Shown piece after piece: positions 1 through 8,421 of a DNA stretch of 48,099 nt (positions within the stretch are counted from its first letter, which is position 1; each line of letters opens with the position of its first letter). Made by a program: the position numbers and the translations under genes. The DNA comes from Bacilli bacterium. GTDB taxonomy: Bacteria; Bacillota_I; Bacilli_A; RFN20; CAG-288. The notes below the pieces were generated by a model. It made no database searches. It saw only the letters and a list, made by a program, of their open reading frames with translations, and was not told the origin of the DNA. The stretch lies in the NCBI GenBank assembly GCA_022780765.1, contig JALEUS010000065.1:1-48099 (forward strand), written 5' to 3'.

Positions 1-57
1 TGGTGCACTAGACAGGACTCGAACCTGCACGCTGTTCCCACGTGATCCTAAGTCTCG
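1..57 (-). pseudogene. Partial tRNA-Leu(UAG)-like 3' segment (anticodon loop through T-arm, acceptor 3' strand and CCA); no matching 5' half
   Basis: The reverse complement ends ...GACTTAGGATCACGTGGGAACAGCGTGCAGGTTCGAGTCCTGTCTAGTGCACCA. Positions 1-31 are identical to 13485-13515, the 3' end of the intact tRNA-Leu. Positions 32-57 are a diverged copy with a 1-nt indel. No GCACTAG acceptor 5' strand lies upstream. Confidence 0.6.
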
Positions 58-372
58 AGTAGAGGCTTTTCTTGGACTCTTTGTAGAGCCTTAGAATTGC
101 CTGAAGTCTCGATACAATCGACATTTTCTCGTAATGGCGCAAGTCTAGAGCAGACTGTCTTAGACCGCGTTCCACTGCAATTTGCGGGCACTTTTTCGGG
201 GATTTTCCCATGTCCGCAGTTTCGGAAGACGGCTTTTCGGGCGTTTCTACCAACGCAAGGTGCCACCGCTTTTGAGGTGTGGGGAGAGAGGCTATAGCCA
301 GTTAGGAACGGCCTCCGCTCCTACTTATATTATAGTGTTTCATTTGGATTATTGCAATCTAATGAAACAATG

Positions 373-1797
373 TCAATGAATGTTCCTGCAATCCACCTCA
401 TACACAACGATTCGGTCGCCGATGTTTTCTATGGGTCGCCCATGTAGTTCCCTTAGGTAAAAACCGTTGACTTTCAGCTGGTATTCTTGTGGCAGATCCA
501 CATCAGCCAAACATAGATTCTTGCCGTTGGTTCTCAAATCACCGATTTGAATGTCTTGTCCCCCATTGAAGAGAAAGACTCTCAGTATCTGGCAAGTAGT
601 TTGCCGAAGTTTCCTGTCATCAAACCGCGAGCCCTTCACCGTCCATTTGACATCGTGGCTGCGATAAAGGGAGACTGCGTTCTCGAGCGAGCCTGGTATG
701 GTGTCCCGCATGTTCTTGTAAGCAACCCAGCTATTGAAGATACGGCTTTCGAATTTCTCTTTCTTGGTGAGCCTAGAATCGATGATTTTGTAAGTGACTT
801 CCACGATTCTGAGACAATAGAAATGCATGATTGCAATGGCGAAATCATCCATCGCCTTCAGGACATCCCAGTATCGATTTCTGTTTTTAAGACATGCGCG
901 TTGAAGAAGGAGCAGAGTCGAGAACATCATGTCGAGCGTGAATGTCTTCCTAACGCCATACTGCTCATAGATGTCGTAAAGGCAGAATCCGTGATACCAT
1001 GCGTTTCTTAGCTCAATCAGCTTCTCTTCGTCATTTACGGAATCGAAGAGGTAAGAAGCCTTATCCGTTACTTCGCGGAAGCTAACGTAATCTGACTTGG
1101 CATAATGAAGATTCAAGGTGTCTTTCTCGAAGCCGAAGAAAACCTTCGAAAGCGTTGTCTGCAGCGTCAGGTTCATATAATTGATGGCGTTTTTCCCGAT
1201 TCCCTCGGGGTAGGAATAAGTCGGCTTGCCCCTTCTGCATTTCTCCTGAAAGGTCTTCTCCACCTTGATTTGAAAATCGTTCAGTTCTTTGCCTGAGCCG
1301 ACGTGAAGCCGAAGGATTTTCGAGGTGAAGAAATTCACGGCGAACGGCCAAACCGAAATCATGTTTGAGAGAAGGGCCACGACATGGAAAGCCCCATAGA
1401 GGGTCAGTTCGTCGCCTTTGGTAATGGGAAAGAACGGCCTGACAACCGAGGAGAGGGAAAGAGCCATCGCATCATTCACGTATATCGGATCGTTGGCATA
1501 TAGATGGGCGTTGTCATTCCGAATCAGAAGGAAAATCTGCATCAAATGGTTGAATTGGCTCAGATTGAGCGAAGAGAGACTTGGGTAATAGTGGAGCACC
1601 AAAGATAACTGATCTTCGTTCAACTCTGTCCGGATATCAATATCAAGAGTCATCCTAAAGAATCTATCTATCTCGGCGCACTTTCCTATGAAGGCCGTCT
1701 TGCAGGCGATAACGGGTTCCGTGATCATCGAATATGACCTTCGGAACGTCTCTTCCGGGAACAGCAAATCATTTCGCATCAATGGTATTATCCTCAC
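373..1797 (-). CDS. Two-HEPN-motif protein (putative RNase effector) with a beta-rich C-terminal domain
   Basis: 474-aa ORF. Two Rx4H motifs: LIRNDNAHL (R93-H98, nt 1504-1521, codons checked by hand) and ELRNAWYHG (R264-H269, nt 991-1008). The track start is a GTG with no RBS. ATG at 1779, preceded by GAGGA, is the likelier start. It is the last gene of the operon, 6 nt after the methyltransferase stop. Confidence 0.7.
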   Translation of the reverse strand: MRIIPLMRNDLLFPEETFRRSYSMITEPVIACKTAFIGKCAEIDRFFRMTLDIDIRTELNEDQLSLVLHYYPSLSSLNLSQFNHLMQIFLLIRNDNAHLYANDPIYVNDAMALSLSSVVRPFFPITKGDELTLYGAFHVVALLSNMISVWPFAVNFFTSKILRLHVGSGKELNDFQIKVEKTFQEKCRRGKPTYSYPEGIGKNAINYMNLTLQTTLSKVFFGFEKDTLNLHYAKSDYVSFREVTDKASYLFDSVNDEEKLIELRNAWYHGFCLYDIYEQYGVRKTFTLDMMFSTLLLLQRACLKNRNRYWDVLKAMDDFAIAIMHFYCLRIVEVTYKIIDSRLTKKEKFESRIFNSWVAYKNMRDTIPGSLENAVSLYRSHDVKWTVKGSRFDDRKLRQTTCQILRVFLFNGGQDIQIGDLRTNGKNLCLADVDLPQEYQLKVNGFYLRELHGRPIENIGDRIVVYEVDCRNIH

Positions 1798-1803
1798 AGC
1801 AAT

Positions 1804-4260
1804 TCATTCGAAGGCATAAGGAACATCTCTCAACTCCAGCCTTTTGGAAGTTACCTTCCGGCAGATATCGCTTTCGGAATTGGAGACGAGAAGAAAGGTT
1901 CTATTTCCGCCGTCATCGGCATTCAGCGCATAGACGGCCTCGCCGACCGTCCCGCTTCCAGCGAAGAAATCAGCGACGATGGAATCCTTTTTCGTCGTCG
2001 CCCTAGCCAACTCTTCCATGAGCTTGACCGGCTTCGGCGTGGAGAAATATGCCCTATCGCCGAATATATCTTTCATCTCATCCTTGGCGGAGGAGGTCGT
2101 GCCGAAGCAATCGAATGTCTCCGGAAAATCAGCCCATCTCTCCTTGAGAGAGGCTTCTTCTATATAAGGCTGCTTTATCTTGCCGAACACCGCTTCATCT
2201 GAATTTCGGCAGATGATGATGTATTCGTAAGTCGTTTGCTTCTTATTGGGGTTGAGCACAACCCTGTTTGCGTCGAAATAGGGATGGATCTTCTTCCAGC
2301 AATGGACGGTCACAAGCTCCCTCCCGAAGATTGAAACGCAGAGCTTTTCCAACTCGTCTTTCTCCCCCTCATCGATGTTGATGATAAGGAATCCCCGCTC
2401 GCTGAGGAGATTCTTGGCCAGAAGAAGCCTTTCTCTCATGAAGGAAGCCCATCCTCCATTGAAACCAGCGTCCTTGTATCCGATATAAGGAATGTCCGAG
2501 TTATAGGGAGGGTCGATCAGGATGGAATCGACTTTGCCCTTATAGGCATCCTGCCATCCTTTTAATGAATAGAGATTCTCCGACTCAATGAGCCAGTTGC
2601 TCCGACGTTTCCTAGTAACTATCTTGGCTGGGGTGTTCTCCGCAATGTTCTTGTCTAGGTAGGTATCTTTATAGACCGAGATCTCTTTCAGCGAGGAGCA
2701 ATGGGCGAAGGCCCACTCCCCAACATAGGTAACCCAATCGGGGATGAAGGCTCTTTTTAAAGAAGCGCAGTTTGTGAAGCAGCTTTTTCCGATGCTAGAG
2801 ACGTTTTTGAGATCGATGGAGGTCATCTTATCGCATCCTGAGAATGCGCCTCTCTCCAAGGCATTCACCGATTCGGGCATCATGAAATCCCATGCCGCTT
2901 TGTTTCTCGGGCAGCAGATGATCTTAGTCTTATCTTTGTTGAATAGGATTCCTTTTTCCACTACAAAATTAGGGCTTTTCGATTCGAACTCGACGTCCCC
3001 GCATTGGACGAAGGGGTTGTAGCCGACGTCCTCCAGGCTTTTTGGGAAGACGATCTTCCTGATCCCCTTGCAGGAGAAGAAGGAATTCCGACAGATCCTT
3101 TTCGTCCCTTCCTTGATTTTCAGCTCATCTGCTTCTGCTGAACATAGGCACCCCACTACCTCGTTCTTGCTGGAATATACGACAGGGCCATCCACCTCGT
3201 AGGCGGGACTGTGGTTATCAAGATGGAGGGAGATACACCCTGAGAAAGGGAAGTTCTTGATGTGGATCAAGGATGAAGGGATATGGATGAGGGTCAGTTT
3301 CTCGCAGCGGTAGAACGCGTGCTTCCCTATCAGCTTTACCCCGTCGGGGATGGCATATTCCCCTTCTTTTCTGGGGTCGCAGTAAATAACGCTGTCCTTT
3401 TTTGAGATGAGCACCCCGTCTTTGTAATTGAAATAAGGCGACTCGCATTTCAAGATGAGATTTGGGCAGCCCGCGAAGGGGTTATCCCCCATGACTCTGA
3501 CGTTTCTCCCGATTGTAAACCGTTTAAGATTGTGGCAGTTGTAGAAAAGGTCGCCCCCGATCTCCTCCAGGCTATCGGGGCAGATCACCTCCTCTATCTC
3601 CTGATTGTCCCAGAAGATGCCGGAGCAGATTTTTCTAACACCGCCGGGCAGAACGGCGACTTTCTCTTTTCCAAAATAGGATACCGCCTCATCGCCCTGA
3701 ATCTCAAAGCCGTTCGCCTTCCTAGGTGCTGGAAGAACTGACAACCGGACTTCCCCTGCCCGGCTTTCGAAGAAGCCTCGGTCATAGGTATCGCCATCGC
3801 CGTTGAGGATAATCTCCTTCCTGTCGATGAGGCCGCTATATAGCCTTGAGGAATAGAGGATTGAGAGATACGTGCCTTTCTTTTTGGGTATAGGAAGGCT
3901 ATCTTTCTCCATCTTCTGGCCCCACTCCACGCAGCGGATATAGGCGTTCTGGCAGTAGACATCGAATTCGTTCTCGACGTCGATGGTGATGGAAGAAGGC
4001 TTATATCCAAGCTCCAGAAGCCTGTCAACGCACTCGAGGACGACGAAGGACTTATGGCTATTCAGAAAAAGGGAATCGCCCCCAACAACGGAGACGCCCG
4101 AAAAATAGGTGGCCTTCCCCTCTAATGCATAGATTCTGCAGATGGTGTCAGCGTAATCTTTCACGAAGACATCGGGCTCCTCTTCGATGAACCCCAAAGC
4201 CCAATAGAGGGCGAGGTATTTCATGTCGCGGGTGATGCGGCTATCGATGATATTCTTCAT
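1804..4260 (-). CDS. Fusion protein: unknown N-terminal domain + BspA-type leucine-rich repeats (LRR_5-like) + C-terminal beta-class N6A/N4C DNA methyltransferase
   Basis: 818 aa. Residues ~205-530 repeat the pattern IPxxVxxIGxxAFxxCxxL (for example AIPDGVKLIGKHAFYRCEKLTLIHIPSSL and VNALERGAFSGCDKMTSIDLKNVSSIGKSCFTNCASLKRAFIP). Motif IV is ILIDPPYNS (DPPY = residues 583-586, nt 2503-2514, checked). STPKPVKL and motif I FFAGSGTVG (765-773) follow. The order IV then I indicates a beta class, Mod-like enzyme. Confidence 0.8.
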   Translation of the reverse strand: MKNIIDSRITRDMKYLALYWALGFIEEEPDVFVKDYADTICRIYALEGKATYFSGVSVVGGDSLFLNSHKSFVVLECVDRLLELGYKPSSITIDVENEFDVYCQNAYIRCVEWGQKMEKDSLPIPKKKGTYLSILYSSRLYSGLIDRKEIILNGDGDTYDRGFFESRAGEVRLSVLPAPRKANGFEIQGDEAVSYFGKEKVAVLPGGVRKICSGIFWDNQEIEEVICPDSLEEIGGDLFYNCHNLKRFTIGRNVRVMGDNPFAGCPNLILKCESPYFNYKDGVLISKKDSVIYCDPRKEGEYAIPDGVKLIGKHAFYRCEKLTLIHIPSSLIHIKNFPFSGCISLHLDNHSPAYEVDGPVVYSSKNEVVGCLCSAEADELKIKEGTKRICRNSFFSCKGIRKIVFPKSLEDVGYNPFVQCGDVEFESKSPNFVVEKGILFNKDKTKIICCPRNKAAWDFMMPESVNALERGAFSGCDKMTSIDLKNVSSIGKSCFTNCASLKRAFIPDWVTYVGEWAFAHCSSLKEISVYKDTYLDKNIAENTPAKIVTRKRRSNWLIESENLYSLKGWQDAYKGKVDSILIDPPYNSDIPYIGYKDAGFNGGWASFMRERLLLAKNLLSERGFLIINIDEGEKDELEKLCVSIFGRELVTVHCWKKIHPYFDANRVVLNPNKKQTTYEYIIICRNSDEAVFGKIKQPYIEEASLKERWADFPETFDCFGTTSSAKDEMKDIFGDRAYFSTPKPVKLMEELARATTKKDSIVADFFAGSGTVGEAVYALNADDGGNRTFLLVSNSESDICRKVTSKRLELRDVPYAFE

Positions 4261-4263
4261 CCT

Positions 4264-4890
4264 TCACTCACTCTCCTTTGGGTAGCGGACGAATTCCGCC
4301 ACTTCGCCCTTCTTTTTCATGATTTCCGCATACCTCTCCAAAATCACTTCGGCGATGGCCTCGGGGCTCAGACCATCGGTCTCAATCCACAGGGTCTCGA
4401 AGCTTTTTTCTTTGCAGAATCTCTCCATTTTTGAGTAAATCAAAGGGGATTTCTGTACTTTCCTGAGGTCATTATCATGGGCGTCTCTCCCCTGAAGCCT
4501 TTTTTGGATGGTTTTCGGCTTTGCGTGGAGGATGATGGTCAACGTCGGCTTGTCGAGCTTCTCGATCAGGAAGTCGTAGACGTCCATGTTGTAGTAGGTG
4601 CCCGACCAGGCGTAGTTGGAGCATAGATGCCGGTCAGTGACGATGTTCTCATCCCTGTGCTTCCCGTACATGTATACGGAGCCCAAGCCATAGAAAAGCG
4701 AGGTGAAATCCCGGTCGGGGCTCGCGTTCACCTTGTCGCGGATCCGGATGTATTCCTCGAAGGAGTCACCTTCATCGAATAGCTCATGGAGCGGCTTCTC
4801 GATGAAGAGATAGCCGAGCTTATCCGCAACAAGCCTCGCCGTGGTCGTCTTCCCGACACCGTCGAATCCCTCAATTGATAAATGGTTCAT
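4264..4890 (-). CDS. Thymidylate-kinase-family (dNMP kinase-like) P-loop kinase
   Basis: 208 aa. N-terminal IEGFDGVGKTT P-loop and a TDRHLCSNYAW (DRxxxSxxAY-like) motif are typical of Tmk/dNK-fold kinases. It overlaps the upstream gene by 20 nt. Confidence 0.7.
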   Translation of the reverse strand: MNHLSIEGFDGVGKTTTARLVADKLGYLFIEKPLHELFDEGDSFEEYIRIRDKVNASPDRDFTSLFYGLGSVYMYGKHRDENIVTDRHLCSNYAWSGTYYNMDVYDFLIEKLDKPTLTIILHAKPKTIQKRLQGRDAHDNDLRKVQKSPLIYSKMERFCKEKSFETLWIETDGLSPEAIAEVILERYAEIMKKKGEVAEFVRYPKESE

Positions 4891-5440
4891 TTCTGTTTTT
4901 CTCCTTGAGCTCGATCATCTGATCCAGAGTCACCGGCCTGAATCCGGTGACGTCAACTCCGCAGTTATAGGCCGATTTGTCGGCATAATACTCTTTGATC
5001 TGTCTATACGCCCTGCCGTTTAGGGTCTCCATCTTGTTGTGGATGTGCCCGTAGACGAGCATCCCGTTCCGGTTGAACTCCATCCAGTCCATGATGGGAT
5101 AATGGCAAAGGCACACCTTCCTCTTATTGTCATCTATGAGCGTGATAAAATTGATGGTTTCGAACAATCCGGAATTTCTGTACTCTTCCAAATGGCCATA
5201 GTCATGGTTCCCGATGATGAGGTTCTTCCTTCCTTTCATGGTCTTCAAAACCGAAACCGAATCGAATGCCTCATCCCCGGTGAGATCCCCCAATAGCCAT
5301 ACCGTGTCTTCTTCTTTGACGATGGCGTTCCAATTTGAGGCGATGGCATCCTTCATTTCGTTGAGGTCTTTGAATGGCCTCGAGCATTTCTTGAAGACCT
5401 TGCTGTCCCCCAAATGCAGGTCAGAGATGTAATAGATCAT
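4871..5440 (-). CDS. Calcineurin-like metallophosphoesterase
   Basis: 189 aa with the ordered motifs DLHLGD, GDL, GNHD and GHIH. The start abuts the nrdD stop (5441). Confidence 0.8.
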   Translation of the reverse strand: MIYYISDLHLGDSKVFKKCSRPFKDLNEMKDAIASNWNAIVKEEDTVWLLGDLTGDEAFDSVSVLKTMKGRKNLIIGNHDYGHLEEYRNSGLFETINFITLIDDNKRKVCLCHYPIMDWMEFNRNGMLVYGHIHNKMETLNGRAYRQIKEYYADKSAYNCGVDVTGFRPVTLDQMIELKEKNRNEPFIN

Positions 5441-7144
5441 CTAGTTCCCCCTCCTGTTCTTCACTTCCGCCTTCTTCCCGTCAGTGAATCCGTCTAGAAT
5501 CTCAAGATACCCAGATACCCTCCGAATCCTCGTGATGTCCTTCGAATGGCAAGTCGGGCACTCATCGAAGACGCCCGTTGTCCCGCAATGGTTGCAGATG
5601 TCCTTCGGGAAGTTGATTCCTAGGTAATGGACGCCAGAGTTCGTGGCTATCTCGACCAGCTCATCCAGTCCTTCATCATTGTCGAGAGGGGCTTCGTTCA
5701 GCTCGATATAGGAGATGGATCCACCGTTGCAGAAGACATGGAACAGTCCTTCAGTCTGGAGCTTTTTATAGGCAGGGAGCCCCGAATCGACGTCCACGTG
5801 GAAGGAATTCGTGTAATAGCCCTTGGAGAAGATGTCGCACTGAGGTTCGAAGAGCTTGGAGTCGATCTTGGTGAAACGGCCGCTGATGAGCTCCCCGCTG
5901 GTGGCCAGAAGCGAGAAATTGAGTTTGTATTCCCTTCTCAGGAAATCGCAGTATTCCCTCATGTACTTCACGAATCCGAGGGCGTACATGTAGGTCTCCT
6001 GGTCGCTCCAGTATTTCCTCCCGGAAAGCACCTCCATGGCCTCGCTCAATCCGATGAAGCCGATGGACAAAGTCCCATGCTTGAAGACGTCGGCGAGGGA
6101 ATCGGCCTTGCTGAAATCCTCACACCACATCTTGTAGTGGACGTTCTCCGGGAAGTCATCCGCTTTGTGGGCGCAGACTTTCTTGTAGCGGTCCAGAAGG
6201 ATATCCTTCGTGACTGAGGCGATGTCGGCCCACCTTTTTCTGAAGGTTTCCATCTTCTCCTCGAGGGAGGATGAGCGGTATTCCTTGTCGATTTCCAGCG
6301 CGATTCTAGAGAGATTTATGGAAATATTGTCGATGTTTCCTCTTCCGATTGCGCCATTTTTGCCATATAGGTCATCCACCACCCTCGTCCGGCAGCCCAT
6401 GATGGAAAGAAGTCTCGGGTCGGTGTTTCTATCCTCCTCGCAGTCGCAGAGGAGATAGGTCGGAATCATCTTCTTGGCGGTGACCTTCAAAGAGAGGACG
6501 AGGAGATCGTAGTTCCTGTCCCCCGGATATCTATTCACCCCTTTGTAGACTTTGAAGACGATGTTCGGTTTGTAGACGAGATCTCCCGCATCGCGGAAAT
6601 TCTCGATCGTCGCTCTTGCGATGTATCTAGCGAGATCCGTGTCGGCTAAGCCAAGATTGAGGGTCACGTAATAGCTGGTGAGCCCCATCCTGGTGTGGTT
6701 GTTGTTGCACCAGAGGATGAATTCTCTGATGGTCCAAGAAAGGATCTCGAGAGACGCCTCATCCTTGGAATCGAATCCCAACTTGGTGAGAATATCCGCT
6801 AAGTCGCAGTCCCAGTTGGCGAACGCCATGCCGCCACTTTGCTCGTTGCCATAGTCCTCCACCATCGCCTCGAAGTATTGGATAATGGAGATTGGAAGTT
6901 GCCTGGATTTCTTCCCCTTGAAATGCTCATAGTCGAAATGGGAGAGGTCGAAGGTGATGCAGTTGTATGTCTGCCCGTAGGCGTCGAGGTCATGGATGTG
7001 GATATAGCCTTCCTCATGGAGCTTTGACCATCCTTTTGGGAGGGATTTGAGGACCTCTCCTTTGAAAAGCCTTTCTCCCAGCGTGTAGTTATCGCCAACG
7101 TAGCTCGTGCGGTTCGCGGCGTTCTCGTTATTTGTCTGTTTCAT
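5441..7144 (-). CDS. nrdD: Anaerobic ribonucleoside-triphosphate reductase (class III RNR, short form)
   Basis: 567 aa. N-terminal EEGYIHIHDLD. C-terminal Zn ribbon CNHCG...CPTC followed by the glycyl-radical motif RIRRVSGYL. Confidence 0.9.
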   Translation of the reverse strand: MKQTNNENAANRTSYVGDNYTLGERLFKGEVLKSLPKGWSKLHEEGYIHIHDLDAYGQTYNCITFDLSHFDYEHFKGKKSRQLPISIIQYFEAMVEDYGNEQSGGMAFANWDCDLADILTKLGFDSKDEASLEILSWTIREFILWCNNNHTRMGLTSYYVTLNLGLADTDLARYIARATIENFRDAGDLVYKPNIVFKVYKGVNRYPGDRNYDLLVLSLKVTAKKMIPTYLLCDCEEDRNTDPRLLSIMGCRTRVVDDLYGKNGAIGRGNIDNISINLSRIALEIDKEYRSSSLEEKMETFRKRWADIASVTKDILLDRYKKVCAHKADDFPENVHYKMWCEDFSKADSLADVFKHGTLSIGFIGLSEAMEVLSGRKYWSDQETYMYALGFVKYMREYCDFLRREYKLNFSLLATSGELISGRFTKIDSKLFEPQCDIFSKGYYTNSFHVDVDSGLPAYKKLQTEGLFHVFCNGGSISYIELNEAPLDNDEGLDELVEIATNSGVHYLGINFPKDICNHCGTTGVFDECPTCHSKDITRIRRVSGYLEILDGFTDGKKAEVKNRRGN

Positions 7145-7150
7145 TTTCTT

Positions 7151-7594
7151 TCACCTCAGTTTCTCGAAGACCTGGTTCGTGGATCCGACGTAAGGCGTCG
7201 TCGTGGTCTTCTTCTCGTTGATGAAGGGGCCGTATTTCAAATAATTGATGTTTTCTAGGATTTCCTGCGGAACTTCTTCTTTCTGATGCCCCGTGTACAA
7301 AGCAATGTCGAAGCCTTTTTCCTTCAGCTTTTTGATGAGAATTATCAGGGCTTCTTTCTGATACAGAGGCTCCCCTCCGGTCAGAGTCACTTTCTTATTG
7401 ATGGATTTCCGCTCGAGTTCCTCGATTAGGGAGTCGATGTCCATCTTTTTGCCGTTCCTGATATCCCAGGTCCAGGGATTCTGGCAGAACGGGCAATGGA
7501 GGTCGCAGCCCTGGAGGAAGACCAAGGTCCTGATGCCCGGCCCATCGACGAGGCTTCGGTTGTACACGACGGTATTGATGAAAACCTTGTTCAT
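7151..7594 (-). CDS. nrdG: Anaerobic RNR activating radical-SAM protein
   Basis: 147 aa. GPGIRTLVFLQGCDLHCPFCQNP carries the CxxxCxxC radical-SAM cluster motif. It lies directly upstream of nrdD. Confidence 0.9.
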   Translation of the reverse strand: MNKVFINTVVYNRSLVDGPGIRTLVFLQGCDLHCPFCQNPWTWDIRNGKKMDIDSLIEELERKSINKKVTLTGGEPLYQKEALIILIKKLKEKGFDIALYTGHQKEEVPQEILENINYLKYGPFINEKKTTTTPYVGSTNQVFEKLR

Positions 7595-8031
7595 GCCATC
7601 ACCTCCTCTATCTCTGATATGTCGTAGTCATCAAGAACGGGAGCGAATCTTTCGCGGTACTTCCACTCCCTGTATTTCGGCAAAAGAGAACTCTTGTTGT
7701 ATTTATTATAAACCATAGGCCCCTGCTCGTCTTTCTTGACCTGATTCTCTATTTCCGGATGCTCCCTCTGCTCTTGGATGTTCTTGCAATAGAGATAGGG
7801 GTTTCCCTCGTTCTCTTCATTGAGTTCTTGATATTCTTCCTCCGATATTTCCTTGCAGGACAGCACGGCGTCTTTGCGGTCATGCTTCACCCTGGGGAAA
7901 TATCGGGCCATCAGCGCGGCCTCTTTGCCGTTTCTTGCTCTCACGGCGAACGGGATTGGGATGTAGTGCTTCCTCCCTACGTGCCCACATTTGCAGATGA
8001 CTTTGTAGAACCTGATTTTCTTGTTTTTCAT
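7591..8031 (-). CDS. Hypothetical protein with an N-terminal CxCGH Zn-ribbon-like motif and an acidic C-terminus
   Basis: 146-aa ORF. AAGGAGGG RBS before the ATG at 8031. ATGA start/stop overlap with nrdG. No family recognised. Confidence 0.6.
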   Translation of the reverse strand: MKNKKIRFYKVICKCGHVGRKHYIPIPFAVRARNGKEAALMARYFPRVKHDRKDAVLSCKEISEEEYQELNEENEGNPYLYCKNIQEQREHPEIENQVKKDEQGPMVYNKYNKSSLLPKYREWKYRERFAPVLDDYDISEIEEVMA

Positions 8032-8120
8032 TCGGTGTCCCTCCTTAGGATACCTTTATTATCGATTTTGCGGGCTTTTGAAAATAGGCCCGCATCGTTC
8101 CTAATAAAAACGGCCTCCTC

Positions 8121-8330
8121 TCATTCGAGAAAGAGGTCGCGGACGTCGCATTCGAAGATATTCGCGATTTGGACTAGAAGGCGATAGTCGGTGACTCCGT
8201 TCTTCAGCCATTTGCGGATGGTCCTTTCCTCATAGCCCATCTTCTCAGCGAAGTCGGATTGAGTGAGGCCCTTCTCCTTGATGCGAGTCCTGATCCGCTC
8301 CCCGTTGTTCGGGACAGCTGACTGCGTCAT
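8121..8330 (-). CDS. XRE-family helix-turn-helix transcriptional regulator
   Basis: 69 aa. IKEKGLTQSDFAEKMGYEERTIRKWLKNG is a typical Cro/C1 HTH. AAGGAGGA RBS lies 7 nt before the ATG. Confidence 0.85.
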   Translation of the reverse strand: MTQSAVPNNGERIRTRIKEKGLTQSDFAEKMGYEERTIRKWLKNGVTDYRLLVQIANIFECDVRDLFLE

Positions 8331-8391
8331 GGCAAGGTCCTCCTTTGCTAAGCTTTCGCAAGGCTCCGAAGGAAGTCATTGACGCATCTAT

Positions 8392-8421
8392 ATTATATCG
8401 CTGGAACGTGACGTTTGCCAA
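8392..8421 (-). promoter_or_regulatory. Sigma-70-like promoter for the XRE-led operon, with embedded and flanking palindromes
   Basis: On the minus strand: TTGGCA (8416-8421), 18-nt spacer, TATAAT (8392-8397). An 11-nt palindrome AACGTGACGTT (8405-8415) sits inside the spacer. 8-bp inverted arms at 8376-8383 and 8425-8432 bracket the promoter. Confidence 0.55.

Noticed and set aside
1-330. Possible tmRNA (ssrA) on the minus strand, suggested by a tRNA-like 3' end with CCA and ~300 nt of GC-rich ORF-free sequence upstream
   Set aside because: The acceptor 3' strand is CTAGTGC, so position 3:70 would be A:U rather than the G:U alanine identity pair. No complementary GCACTAG or GGGG 5' end lies upstream. 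I found no tag-peptide-like reading frame. The 3' end matches tRNA-Leu(UAG) instead.
1804-4260. Complete Type III (Mod/Res) or Type IIG restriction-modification system
   Set aside because: Only the Mod-like methyltransferase domain is present. No Res helicase-nuclease gene or nuclease motif (PD-(D/E)xK, HNH, PLD) was recognised in the fusion protein or its neighbours.
4264-5440. Pnkp/Hen1-like RNA repair cassette (kinase + metallophosphoesterase + methyltransferase) countering the HEPN RNase
   Set aside because: The kinase has Tmk-type motifs (EGxDGxGKTT, DRxxxSxxAY-like) rather than polynucleotide-kinase ones. The methyltransferase has DNA N6A/N4C motifs (DPPY, TxKP), not Hen1-type. No ligase is present, and nrdDG adjacency favours dNTP metabolism. 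It is kept only as a minor alternative in the findings.
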